Notes under the pieces: generated by a model
Databases searched by the model: none
Told to the model about the DNA's origin: nothing
Seen by the model: the letters and a program-made list of their open reading frames with translations, nothing else
Origin: Sphingomicrobium sp.
GTDB lineage: Bacteria; Pseudomonadota; Alphaproteobacteria; Sphingomonadales; Sphingomonadaceae
DNA length: 43,187 nt
NCBI GenBank assembly: GCA_036273235.1
Contig: DASUIB010000017.1
Location: 1-43,187 of the forward strand
Reading direction: 5' to 3'
In this document: piece by piece, positions 1 through 8,455 of the stretch
Layout of the letters: every line of letters starts with the position of its first letter
Position numbering within the stretch: the stretch's first letter is position 1
Position numbers and translations under genes: made by a program

Positions 1-1
1 C

Positions 2-52
2 TTTGAGTTCGCCGCCGAACTGCAGCGAATCGAGGCGCTGCTAGCAGCATAA
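2..52 (+). CDS. 3' end of an unidentified gene entering the window (FEFAAELQRIEALLAA*)
   Basis: Open frame from the window edge to TAA at 50-52, converging on a terminator hairpin; too short to identify. Confidence 0.45.
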   Translation, partial: FEFAAELQRIEALLAA

Positions 53-78
53 GAAAAGGGCCGCCTCTCGACGGCCCT
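51..78 (-). terminator. Intrinsic terminator (possibly bidirectional)
   Basis: Minus strand reads AGGGCCGTC-GAGA-GGCGGCCCT followed by TTTCTT, just downstream of the 101..649 gene. Confidence 0.75.
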
Positions 79-100
79 CGCTTCGCGGCTTCGCGGGAAC

Positions 101-649
101 CTAGACCATATGCTCCGAGTGACCGTAGACCAGGATGGTCATATAGCCGTCGCGCTCGGCTTCCTTGCGGGCCCCGCCGATGCTCGCCCGGAAGCGCTCG
201 GCCGAAGCGTCGTCGCAGCTATATTCGGGCCGCATGTCGCCCGAGGCCGAGACCACCCGGCAGTCCTTGACCGAGCCCTTGGGATCGATCGCCAGCGCCA
301 TCATCTCGCCGCCGAGCAGGGTGTCGCCGGGCTGGAGGTTCGGCTTGGCCGGGGCCGCGCCCGGATCGAAGCGCCGCTCGAAGGTGATTCGAGTCACCTC
401 GCCTTTCGACTCGGAAGCCTTGGTCGCCATCGCCGCCTGGTTCGACGAAACGTCGCAATCTTGGGCGTCGCCGGCCTTGAGGCTGGTCTCGTAGCGGCAG
501 GCCTGCGGCTTGCCGTCACCGTTCAGGGTGACCGTGATCCGCTCCCACCAGGGGGCATTGGAAACCAACGTCGAGGTTGTGCTCGCCGATGCGGCCGCGC
601 CGAGCGCGCCTGCCGCGGAAGCGAGAATGAGAGCGGCGATCTTGCGCAC
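101..649 (-). CDS. Secreted hypothetical protein; C-terminus resembles a TonB C-terminal fold
   Basis: GGAG RBS before GTG at 649; signal peptide MRKIAALILASAAGALGAAASA; segment LAIDPKGSVKDCRVVSASG resembles TonB_C. The longer ORF start at 922 is unlikely. Confidence 0.7.
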   Translation of the reverse strand: MRKIAALILASAAGALGAAASASTTSTLVSNAPWWERITVTLNGDGKPQACRYETSLKAGDAQDCDVSSNQAAMATKASESKGEVTRITFERRFDPGAAPAKPNLQPGDTLLGGEMMALAIDPKGSVKDCRVVSASGDMRPEYSCDDASAERFRASIGGARKEAERDGYMTILVYGHSEHMV

Positions 650-924
650 GTTCAAACTCCTTCGCGCCCGCCTCCGGGGTCCCCGCAAAGTCGTCCTTTG
701 CGGGGGTGGTCCCGCCGCTCCGGCGACCTCATTGCCGCCGCCAACCTGCCCCGCTGAACGCGCAGGAGTGATTTGGTTTCCGTGCCAGCGTCGAAGGAGT
801 TGCTTGCGCTGCATCAGGAGCGCCCGATTGCCATTGCCGCGCGCCGGGATGCGGCGGCCTGCCACTGCCGTGCGACCCGCTAGGCGCTCAATAGAAACGG
901 AGCGAAGCGGAGTTCCGCGCATGC

Positions 925-956
925 GAAATGGGGGCCGGCATTGCTGCCAGCCCCCA
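925..956 (-). terminator. 3' terminal hairpin/terminator of the candidate ncRNA
   Basis: TGGGGGCTGGCA-GCAA-TGCCGGCCCCCA (12 bp, one G-U) followed by a short TTTC tract. Confidence 0.65.
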
Positions 957-1452
957 CTGCGCCGAGCGAAGGATCTGCCGGTGTTCTTGGGCTTGGTCCA
1001 CTTCGGCCTTTCGGCCCAGCCTGACCCGCTCTCGATCCTGGCTCACCAGCTCAGGCGTCGCATTCCGCCGAACCGCTCCCTCTTGCGAGGAGCCCGACCG
1101 ACCTACTCGACTGCGCCGTCCCCGCCGAAGCGGGGATCACGCTGGTCTTTCGACCGTTCCGGCCCGGCGTCTGGGACCGAAATCCCTCGAAGCCAAAACC
1201 GTCCAGTGTTCCGCGGCCCTTCTTGGGTCGCCCCCTCTCGCGTCCCGCTTCGCTCACCGACGATCCGAAGACCGCCAGAAGCCGCGTCGCGCTCGAGAAA
1301 GACAACTCTTCCGGCGCCTCTTCCCGGCTGGCCCCGGCAAGAACCGAAGCTCTTCCCATTGCCTGCCGGCGGAGATCGGACCTTTGGCCACCTGCCGCAT
1401 CCTCGCGCCGTTTCCGACTCTTGGAGAGGCCGGGACCGCCGTCCCGATCACC
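925..1452 (-). ncRNA. Candidate large structured non-coding RNA of unknown family (~530 nt)
   Basis: Four UUCG- and five GNRA-capped hairpins on the minus strand, several needing G-U pairs that only form on that strand; CATGGT -10-like hexamer at 1458-1463; terminal GCAA-loop hairpin; no credible protein ORF. Confidence 0.7.
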
Positions 1453-1508
1453 CCTGAACCATGCACCTCGCTGCCGAGTCGGGAAAGCGAAAAATGGGCG
1501 GATGATCC

Positions 1509-1517
1509 TGTGGATAA
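1509..1517 (-). promoter_or_regulatory. DnaA box (TTATCCACA)
   Basis: Exact match to the canonical 9-mer (TGTGGATAA on +), flanked by two degenerate same-orientation boxes at 1497-1505 and 1518-1526. Confidence 0.65.
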
Positions 1518-1613
1518 CGGGGATATCGGGCACAATTGCCGGCACCTTTTCCAAGCTGCCGAAGCGCCGATGCTTCGGTTGCTGTTCTGCTCTCCTCCGC
1601 TTACCTCCGAAGT

Positions 1614-3884
1614 GTGCCGCAATCCCCAGCTCTGACGAATAACCCGCCTTACCTTCAGGGACTCAACCCGCCGCAGCGGGAGGCGGTGCTGGCGACGGAA
1701 GGTCCCGTGTTGGTTCTCGCCGGCGCGGGCACCGGGAAGACCGCTGCGCTCACCGCTCGTCTCGCCCACCTGATCGCCACCGGCAGGGCATGGCCGAGCC
1801 AAATTCTCGCCGTCACCTTCACTAACAAGGCCGCTCGTCAGATGCGCGAACGGGTCGCCGCTTTGTCGGCCGGCGCGCTCGAGGGAATGCCTTGGCTCGG
1901 CACCTTCCATTCGGTCGCTGCGCGAATGCTCCGCAGCCATGCGGAACTGGTCGGACTTCAGTCCAATTTCACTATCCTCGACACCGACGACCAGCTTCGA
2001 GTCCTCAAGCAGCTTATCCAGGCGTCCAACCTCGACGAGAAGCGCTGGCCGGCCCGCCAGCTCGCCGGCCTCATCGATCGGTGGAAGAACCGCGGCTGGA
2101 CTCCGAAACAGGTCGACGCGGGCGAATCCGAAGCGTTCGCCGCCGGCCGGGGCGCGGAGCTTTACGCTCAGTACCAGGACCGGCTCAAAACCCTAAACGC
2201 GTGCGACTTCGGCGATCTCCTGCTCCATATGCTCGTGATCTTCCGCACCCATGCCGACGTGCTCGACGGCTACCGGAATCGCTTCCGCTACATCCTCGTC
2301 GACGAATATCAAGACACGAACCAGGCGCAGTACGAGTGGCTGAAACTGCTGGCCGAGCCGCGCCGCAACCTCTGCTGCGTCGGAGACGACGACCAGTCGA
2401 TCTATTCCTGGCGCGGCGCCGAGGTCGCCAATATCCTTCGTTTTGAGCACGATTTCCCCGGCGCCAAAATCGTACGTCTGGAACAGAATTATCGCTCGAC
2501 CTCGCACATACTCGCCGCCGCCGACGGGCTGATCGCCCACAATGCCGGACGGCTGGGGAAGACGCTCTGGACCGAAGCCGGCGACGGCGAAAAGGTTCGC
2601 GTGGTCGGAATCTGGGACGGCCCGGAAGAGGCACGTCGTGTCGGCGAAGATATCGAGCAGCTGCAGCGCAGGGGTCACAGCCTCGATGAAGCCGCAATCC
2701 TCGTTCGCGCCCAGTTCCAGACGCGCGAGTTCGAGGAGCGCTTCATCGCGATCGGCCTGGCTTATCAGATCATCGGCGGCTTCCGCTTCTACGAACGCGC
2801 CGAGATCCGCGACGCCATCGCTTACCTCCGTCTGATTCAATCGCCGGCGGACGACCTCGCGTTCGAGCGGATCGTCAACACGCCGAAGCGCGGCCTTGGC
2901 GACAAGGCGGTTGCGACCATGCACCGGCGCGCTCGCCATACGCAGCAGCCGATGCTCATCGCCGCGGCACACCTGCTCGACAGCGACGATCTCACGCCGC
3001 AGGCGCGCCGAAGCCTCGGCAATTTCGTCGGCGATCTCGCCCGCTGGCGTGAAATGGCGAGCACCCTCCCCCACCCCGAGCTCGCGCGGATCGTTCTCGA
3101 CGAGTCCGGCTATACCGCGATGCTGCAGGCGGACCGCTCGGCCGAAAGCGCCGGCCGTCTCGAGAACCTCTCCGAGCTCACGCGGGCGATGGAGGAGTAT
3201 GAATCGCTCGCCGCTTTCCTCGAGCACGTCAGCCTGGTGATGGACAATGATGAGGCGCGCGCCGGCGAAAAGGTCACGATCATGACCATTCATGCGGCGA
3301 AAGGCCTCGAGTTCGACACCGTCTTTCTGCCCGGTTGGGAAGAAGGCGTATTCCCTTCGCAACGCTCGCTTGATGAAGGCGGCCTCGCATCGCTCGAGGA
3401 GGAGCGCCGCCTCGCCTATGTCGCGATCACGCGCGCGCGCCGCCGCTGCACTATCCTCCACGCCGCCAATCGCCGAATCTACGGCCAATGGACCAGCTCG
3501 ATCCCGAGCCGCTTCCTCGCGGAGCTGCCGAAGGCGCATATCGAGGAAGAGACCACCATGACGGGCGGCGAGAGCCTGTGGCGCGCTCAATGGTCCGAGC
3601 GTTCGGACCCATTCGCGCACGTCGCCCGGCCGACCCGCGGTCCCGGTTGGCAGCGTGCCAGCCGCATCTCCTACAATCCGGAGCCGCCCCGGATCGTCGA
3701 AGCGCGCGCTTCAGCGGTGAGCCTCGGCAATCAGGGCCGTACCGACCTCGCGCTCGGCCAGCGCGTGTTCCACGGTAAGTTCGGCTACGGCACCATCGCC
3801 GCGATCGAGGGCAACAAGCTCGAAATCGACTTCGAGCACGGCGGCCGCAAGAAGGTGCTGGACAGCTTCGTCAGTGCGGGTTGA
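1614..3884 (+). CDS. uvrD: ATP-dependent DNA helicase UvrD/PcrA
   Basis: AGAGTGKT, TFTNKAA, LVDEYQDTN, VGDDDQSIY, LEQNYRS, TIHAAKGLEF, EERRLAYVAITRA motifs and a C-terminal Tudor-like RVFHGKFGYG; GTG start at 1614 inferred. Confidence 0.95.
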   Translation: MPQSPALTNNPPYLQGLNPPQREAVLATEGPVLVLAGAGTGKTAALTARLAHLIATGRAWPSQILAVTFTNKAARQMRERVAALSAGALEGMPWLGTFHSVAARMLRSHAELVGLQSNFTILDTDDQLRVLKQLIQASNLDEKRWPARQLAGLIDRWKNRGWTPKQVDAGESEAFAAGRGAELYAQYQDRLKTLNACDFGDLLLHMLVIFRTHADVLDGYRNRFRYILVDEYQDTNQAQYEWLKLLAEPRRNLCCVGDDDQSIYSWRGAEVANILRFEHDFPGAKIVRLEQNYRSTSHILAAADGLIAHNAGRLGKTLWTEAGDGEKVRVVGIWDGPEEARRVGEDIEQLQRRGHSLDEAAILVRAQFQTREFEERFIAIGLAYQIIGGFRFYERAEIRDAIAYLRLIQSPADDLAFERIVNTPKRGLGDKAVATMHRRARHTQQPMLIAAAHLLDSDDLTPQARRSLGNFVGDLARWREMASTLPHPELARIVLDESGYTAMLQADRSAESAGRLENLSELTRAMEEYESLAAFLEHVSLVMDNDEARAGEKVTIMTIHAAKGLEFDTVFLPGWEEGVFPSQRSLDEGGLASLEEERRLAYVAITRARRRCTILHAANRRIYGQWTSSIPSRFLAELPKAHIEEETTMTGGESLWRAQWSERSDPFAHVARPTRGPGWQRASRISYNPEPPRIVEARASAVSLGNQGRTDLALGQRVFHGKFGYGTIAAIEGNKLEIDFEHGGRKKVLDSFVSAG

Positions 3885-3957
3885 CCGGGGCTCGCCGGTT
3901 CGGCGAACAGTCGGAGTCCTAAACGGTCCTGACGGGAAGAAGCGAAGGAGCGTTCGC

Positions 3958-4452
3958 ATGAAAACCCTGATCGCCTTCATCATTGGATTGATCGCTGCGC
4001 CGGTCCTGTTCGCCCTCGTTGGCGTCGCAGGTTGGTTGCCTAGTGATGCGACTTCGGAGCCGCCCAAATGGGAATCTTCGATCGGCATGCGCGCGCTCGA
4101 TGCTTCGCTCGAAAAACGGTCGGGCGGCGTCAGAAATCCTGTCTCAGCCAATGATTCGACGGCGCTTGCGGCGGGCGCCAAAATCTATGGTGACAATTGC
4201 TCAGGCTGTCACGGCAGCGCGAAGGGACCTAGCGACTGGGGCGCCAAGGGTTTGTATCCGCGGGCACCGCAATTCTTCCAGGAAGGTGCTGATGTGACGC
4301 CCCCTGAAGCCTTCGCCGCAATCCAGGATGGCGTTCGTTATTCCGGCATGGGCGCATGGCGCGATCAGCTGAGCAGCGACCAAATGTGGAAGGCGGCGAA
4401 CTTCGTCGCGAGCCTCCGCGGCAAGGCCGGCGCAATGAAGGACATGAACTGA
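3958..4452 (+). CDS. Membrane-anchored monoheme cytochrome c
   Basis: AAGGAG RBS; N-terminal hydrophobic helix; CSGCH heme motif; GVRYSGMGAW distal Met region. Confidence 0.88.
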   Translation: MKTLIAFIIGLIAAPVLFALVGVAGWLPSDATSEPPKWESSIGMRALDASLEKRSGGVRNPVSANDSTALAAGAKIYGDNCSGCHGSAKGPSDWGAKGLYPRAPQFFQEGADVTPPEAFAAIQDGVRYSGMGAWRDQLSSDQMWKAANFVASLRGKAGAMKDMN

Positions 4453-4536
4453 GAAGCGTTCGGCCGAACGGCCATTCACCGGCGGCGAGCAGCTCGCTCC
4501 ATGCGCGTGAGAAGCGCGTTTAAATCCTTAGGCATA

Positions 4537-5373
4537 TTAGATTTCTTCCTTCACCTGCGCATGGTTGAGGAGGGCGACGAAGACGACGCCGCCAAAGGAA
4601 TTGCCGATGAAGGCGGGCACCAGAAAGCCAAGCAGATAATCGCCCCATCCGATTGCCCCATGCATCGCCGCGAACGCGCCCTCCTCGGACCCGGCAATCA
4701 CGTGGCTGAACTGGGCTACCGCGATCAGCCATGTGACTGCGATGATGACGAGGAACTTCGCGGATGACGCCGCGGGCATCAGCCACACCATGAGCGCGAT
4801 CAGCCACCCGGCGAAGACCCCCTTCAGCAAAACGAGCGCGAAGCCCGGCTCGACCGCTTTGATGCCGAGCTTGACGAAGGATTGAACTGCATCGGGTGCA
4901 AACAGGTACGGAATCGACGCGGCTGCCGCGAACAGCAGCGTGGCCACGATGTTCGCGGCAAAAACGATCGCCCAGTAGCGCACCACCTCCATTACGCGGT
5001 GCGTTCCCTTGAGGTACGGAAGCATGACCGTCAGCGTGGTTTCGGTGAACAGCTGCTGCCGGCCCATGGTCACGAACAGGAAGCCGAGGCAGTAACCGAA
5101 GCTCGCGACGAGCTCGCGCCACGGCGCGTCCGGAAGATGCGTCTGCAGCAGACCCTGCCCGAGCATTGAGCAGCCCATCGTCAGCCCCGCGGCGAAGCCC
5201 GACCAGATCAACGAGGAGGTCGGCCGCCCGAGCTCCTCGCTGCCTTCCAGCCGGATGGCTTCGTGGACGACTTTCGCGGTGGTGCTGGAGCGATCGTCGG
5301 CTTCTTCGATCTCGCGGTCCGACAGCGGCGACCTGCGCTTCTCGCACTCGACCATTTGCTCGCGATCGACCAT
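4537..5373 (-). CDS. Formate/nitrite transporter family protein (YfdC-like)
   Basis: EGSEELGRP, GRQQLFTETT, FSHVIAGS and GNSFGG motifs; about six TM helices. Confidence 0.88.
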   Translation of the reverse strand: MVDREQMVECEKRRSPLSDREIEEADDRSSTTAKVVHEAIRLEGSEELGRPTSSLIWSGFAAGLTMGCSMLGQGLLQTHLPDAPWRELVASFGYCLGFLFVTMGRQQLFTETTLTVMLPYLKGTHRVMEVVRYWAIVFAANIVATLLFAAAASIPYLFAPDAVQSFVKLGIKAVEPGFALVLLKGVFAGWLIALMVWLMPAASSAKFLVIIAVTWLIAVAQFSHVIAGSEEGAFAAMHGAIGWGDYLLGFLVPAFIGNSFGGVVFVALLNHAQVKEEI

Positions 5374-5402
5374 GCGTGAGGCTCCCTTCGACTGCCTGCC
5401 GC

Positions 5403-5428
5403 AACTCGCCGGAAGCGGATTGGGTTCA
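5403..5428 (-). promoter_or_regulatory. EcfG/SigT-type general stress promoter for the FNT gene
   Basis: TGAAC-N17-AGTT about 30 nt upstream of the start; consensus is GGAAC-N16/17-CGTT. Confidence 0.45.
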
Positions 5429-5546
5429 TGCGGCGCGGCCGTCTCCGCGATGCGCAAAAGCCCCGGCCGAGCGTTGGCGATGGGAACCCGACTCGCTCCC
5501 CATGCATTTTCGTCGCAAAAGTCAATAGAAAAAATTCAGGTGTGAA

Positions 5547-6101
5547 ATGAAGCAGCTAGCCCTTGCGCTGGCGCTGACGGGATCGTGCGTATTTGCGACT
5601 GCCGTCGCCACTACGCCGGCGTCCGCGCTGGAAACATACGAAGCCAAGATGCAGGCGAGCGACGCCGCGTCTCAGGCCCGCGTCGACATGCTCGACGCAT
5701 TCGGACCGAAGATCCTCAAACCCGGCCAATATCTCTGGCGTGATGTACCCGAAAGCGCCGGCCCGCAACGCGTGATCATCAGCCTCTCCGATCAGATGGC
5801 CTATCTCTATCGCGGCGACACCCTGGTAGCCGCGACCACCATTTCAAGCGGTCGCGACAGCAAGCCGACCCCGACAGGGATCTTTTCCATCCTCAACAAG
5901 ACGCCGATGTACCGGTCGAAGAAGTACGACAATGCGCCGATGCCCTATGCGCAATTCTTCGACCCGGCCGGAATTGCGCTCCACGCGGGCTCTGTCGGCG
6001 ATGAGCCCAACAGTCACGGATGCGTTCACCTGCCGACTGCCTTCGCCAAGAAGCTCTATTCGGTGACCGACATCGGAACGCCGGTCTATATCGGCGCGTA
6101 G
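5547..6101 (+). CDS. L,D-transpeptidase family protein (YkuD/ErfK)
   Basis: Signal peptide; ISSGR..PTPTGIF; catalytic HAG...SHGCVHL motif. Confidence 0.92.
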   Translation: MKQLALALALTGSCVFATAVATTPASALETYEAKMQASDAASQARVDMLDAFGPKILKPGQYLWRDVPESAGPQRVIISLSDQMAYLYRGDTLVAATTISSGRDSKPTPTGIFSILNKTPMYRSKKYDNAPMPYAQFFDPAGIALHAGSVGDEPNSHGCVHLPTAFAKKLYSVTDIGTPVYIGA

Positions 6102-6108
6102 CTGCCGA

Positions 6109-6137
6109 GGGCCGCGCCCGCGTTGTTGGCGCGGCCC
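6109..6137 (+). terminator. Probable terminator hairpin
   Basis: GGGCCGCGCC/GGCGCGGCCC 10-bp stem right after the stop codon; weak U tract. Confidence 0.5.
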
Positions 6138-6240
6138 CAGTCTTATTCCGTCGCTAGAAAGCTAGCTCGCTTGATCGTCCGTGCGGGATACGCGCATGGG
6201 ATGGCGAGTTGAGCGTTCAACAGCCGAACACCAGGAGAAA

Positions 6241-6591
6241 ATGATGGCGAAGGCAAACACAAGCGGCGGAAAGAACGGGAAGAAAGGTGGAACTGCCGTG
6301 GCACGCCAATCCTCTAGCGGCAGCTCGCGCTCGCAGGACGGCATGGGCGAAGCGTTCATCAAGCTGCTGCAAAGTCCGCTGGTTGCCGAGCTGGTCGCCG
6401 TGGCGGCGACGGCGGCGCTCGCGGCGCTCGCCGAGCATGGTTTCACCACCGGCGGCGAAGGTGCACGCGGAAAGCGCGCCGGCAAAGCCGTAAAGGAGGC
6501 TGGCAAGGCAGCCGCGGCTGCGGTCGGCCGGCGCCTGGGCAGCGAGCTCGACGAGATCCGCAAGGCCGCTAAAGGCGGCGCAAAAGCGTAA
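6241..6591 (+). CDS. Hypothetical Ala/Lys-rich protein
   Basis: CAGGAG RBS before ATG at 6241; coding-like codon usage; central hydrophobic helix. Confidence 0.7.
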   Translation: MMAKANTSGGKNGKKGGTAVARQSSSGSSRSQDGMGEAFIKLLQSPLVAELVAVAATAALAALAEHGFTTGGEGARGKRAGKAVKEAGKAAAAAVGRRLGSELDEIRKAAKGGAKA

Positions 6592-7111
6592 GCTTCGCTC
6601 GTCCCGCCCGCCGCGCGCAGTCGAGCACGAGCTCGCCGGGGTCGACGTCGTCATTACCGCTCGTTTCCATGCTGAGCCAGCCGCCGTGCCTGAGCCATCC
6701 TGAATCAACCACCGAGTGCACGACGGAATTGCCTGCGCCAGGTGCATAGGGGGGGTCGGCAAAAACCAGATCGAAAGGCTGCTCGGATCGGGGAAGCGCG
6801 AGTGCCGAGCACGCAACCAATTGCACGCGCCCGCTCGCGCCGAGCTCTTCGGCATTGCGCCTGATCGCCGTCACCGCTTGCGGATCGCTATCCACGAACG
6901 TCGCACTCGCCGCTCCACGCGAAAGCGCCTCCAGGCCCAGCGCTCCGCTGCCGGCGAACAGATCGGCTACGCGCAACCCTTCGAAGCTGCCGAGCCGGCT
7001 TACGAGCATCGAGAACAAGGTTTCGCGGACGCGGTCAGCGGTGGGCCGAGTCGCAAGCCCTGGCGGCGCTTCGATCCTCCGCCCGCGCCATTCGCCGGCG
7101 ATGATCCTCAT
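6569..7111 (-). CDS. rsmD: 16S rRNA m2G966 methyltransferase
   Basis: MRIIAGEWRGR, TRPTADRVRETLF, DLFAGSGALGLEALSRGA, DPPY. Confidence 0.95.
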   Translation of the reverse strand: MRIIAGEWRGRRIEAPPGLATRPTADRVRETLFSMLVSRLGSFEGLRVADLFAGSGALGLEALSRGAASATFVDSDPQAVTAIRRNAEELGASGRVQLVACSALALPRSEQPFDLVFADPPYAPGAGNSVVHSVVDSGWLRHGGWLSMETSGNDDVDPGELVLDCARRAGRAKLTLLRRL

Positions 7112-7920
7112 TTGAGCGACTTACGAAATGGGTCGAGTTGCGCCTCCCCGGTCTCCTCGATCCCGCCTGGCTCCAGGCCCTCGACGGTGAAAGGACCATA
7201 GGCGGTGCGGATAAGACGCGAAACCTGCAGCCCCAGATGCGCTAACACGCGCCGAACTTCCCGGTTCTTCCCTTCGGTCAGGCTCATCTCGATCCAGCAA
7301 TTGCTCCCGGTCCGCCGCTCCAAGTTCGCGTTGACGGGGCCATAACGCACGCCGTCGATGGTGATGCCCTCCGCGAGATCCTCGAGCTGAGCCTGGGAGA
7401 CTCGCCCGAACGCGCGCGCGCGGTAGGTCCGAACGAGCCCTGTCCTCGGAAGCTCGAGCTGGCGTTTGAGCTCGCCGTCGTTGGTCAGCAGCAGCAGCCC
7501 TTCGGTCATGAAGTCGAGCCGGCCGACCGGCATCAGGCGCGGCAGGCCCTTGGGCAGCCGATCGTAGATCGTCGCGCGGCCTCTCGGGTCGTTCGCCGCC
7601 GTGATCGTTGCCGGGGGCTTATGGAAGCGGAAGAGCCGCGTCGCCGCGGCCGGCCGTACCGGCCTTCCGTCGACTGTCACACCGGCGAGATCGGCGAGCA
7701 AAGTCGCGGGAGCCGCGAGCTTTTCGCCGTTGAGCGCGATGCGGCCATCGGCAATCATACGCTCGACTTCCCGGCGCGAAGCGACCCCCGCGCGCGCCAG
7801 CAGCTTGGCGATGCGCTGCGGCTCACCCGGCCCCTTCTGTGGCGCCGCGGGCACAGTGCGGCTCCGGCTGCGCCGACGCGGCACTGGACGCTTGTTCGTT
7901 CGTTCCGGAGGCGGAGTCAT
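7108..7920 (-). CDS. rluB: rRNA pseudouridine synthase (RsuA/RluB family, S4 domain)
   Basis: RIAKLLARAGVASRRE (S4), PVGRLDFMTEGLLLLTNDG, EGKNREVRR; ATGA overlap with rsmD. The start is ATG 7920; the longer ORF runs antisense into the next gene. Confidence 0.9.
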   Translation of the reverse strand: MTPPPERTNKRPVPRRRSRSRTVPAAPQKGPGEPQRIAKLLARAGVASRREVERMIADGRIALNGEKLAAPATLLADLAGVTVDGRPVRPAAATRLFRFHKPPATITAANDPRGRATIYDRLPKGLPRLMPVGRLDFMTEGLLLLTNDGELKRQLELPRTGLVRTYRARAFGRVSQAQLEDLAEGITIDGVRYGPVNANLERRTGSNCWIEMSLTEGKNREVRRVLAHLGLQVSRLIRTAYGPFTVEGLEPGGIEETGEAQLDPFRKSLK

Positions 7921-7935
7921 TGGTCGGGTTCGCAC

Positions 7936-8373
7936 ATGCTGTTCGGGAAGCGCAAGCAGGTCGTCAAGCGCATCCTCATCGTCGAGGATGAGCCGCTGAC
8001 CGCGTTCGACAATGAGAATATGCTCGGCGACGCCGGGTACGAAGTGGTGGCCACCCTCGACGATCTTCAGGACGCGCTCGAAGTGCTCGATCGGGAACAG
8101 GTCGACCTGATCTTGAGCGACGTCCGCCTGCGTAACGACCAAACCGGCATCGAGCTTGCCCGGGTAGCGAAAACAAAGGGCGTCCCCACGCTGTTTGCCA
8201 CCGGCCATTCCTACCCGGATGCCGCTGAGGTCGCGATCGGCTGCGTGATGAAGCCTTATACGGAGCGGCAATTGTGCAAAGCGATCGAGGTGGTCGACCG
8301 GCACTTGCAGGGTGAGAAAGTAAAGCCTCCCAAAGGCGTCGAGCTGTTCATCGCAGTCGATGAAGCGGAGTAA
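7936..8373 (+). CDS. Single-domain response regulator (FATGUY/SdrG-like)
   Basis: ILIVEDE, DLILSDVRL (phospho-Asp), PTLFATGH, KPYT; no output domain. Confidence 0.9.
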   Translation: MLFGKRKQVVKRILIVEDEPLTAFDNENMLGDAGYEVVATLDDLQDALEVLDREQVDLILSDVRLRNDQTGIELARVAKTKGVPTLFATGHSYPDAAEVAIGCVMKPYTERQLCKAIEVVDRHLQGEKVKPPKGVELFIAVDEAE

Positions 8374-8455
8374 GCTCCGGCATCGTTCATGGCGGGGCTA
8401 GGCAGCCGCTGAAACCTGTCTAAGGTTTCATGCCACCAGAGCGACGGAGGGAACG

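Noticed and set aside
925-1452. RNase P RNA, tmRNA, SRP, 6S or group II intron as the identity of the structured region
   Set aside because: No GAGGAAAGUCC/CAGAA P4 signature, no ANDN-type tag or TPsiC/CCA end, too long and branched for SRP or 6S, no GUGCG start with a domain V, and no RT gene. An Rfam scan is still needed.
1490-1540. Chromosomal origin (oriC)
   Set aside because: Only one perfect DnaA box, no AT-rich unwinding element, and no hemE/dnaA/parAB context.
510-1642. ORFs 510..1457, 928..1635, 1051..1554 and 1223..1642 over the uvrD upstream region
   Set aside because: Pro/Arg/Ser-rich translations with no motif, RBS or codon bias; hairpin and tetraloop density explains the region better as RNA.
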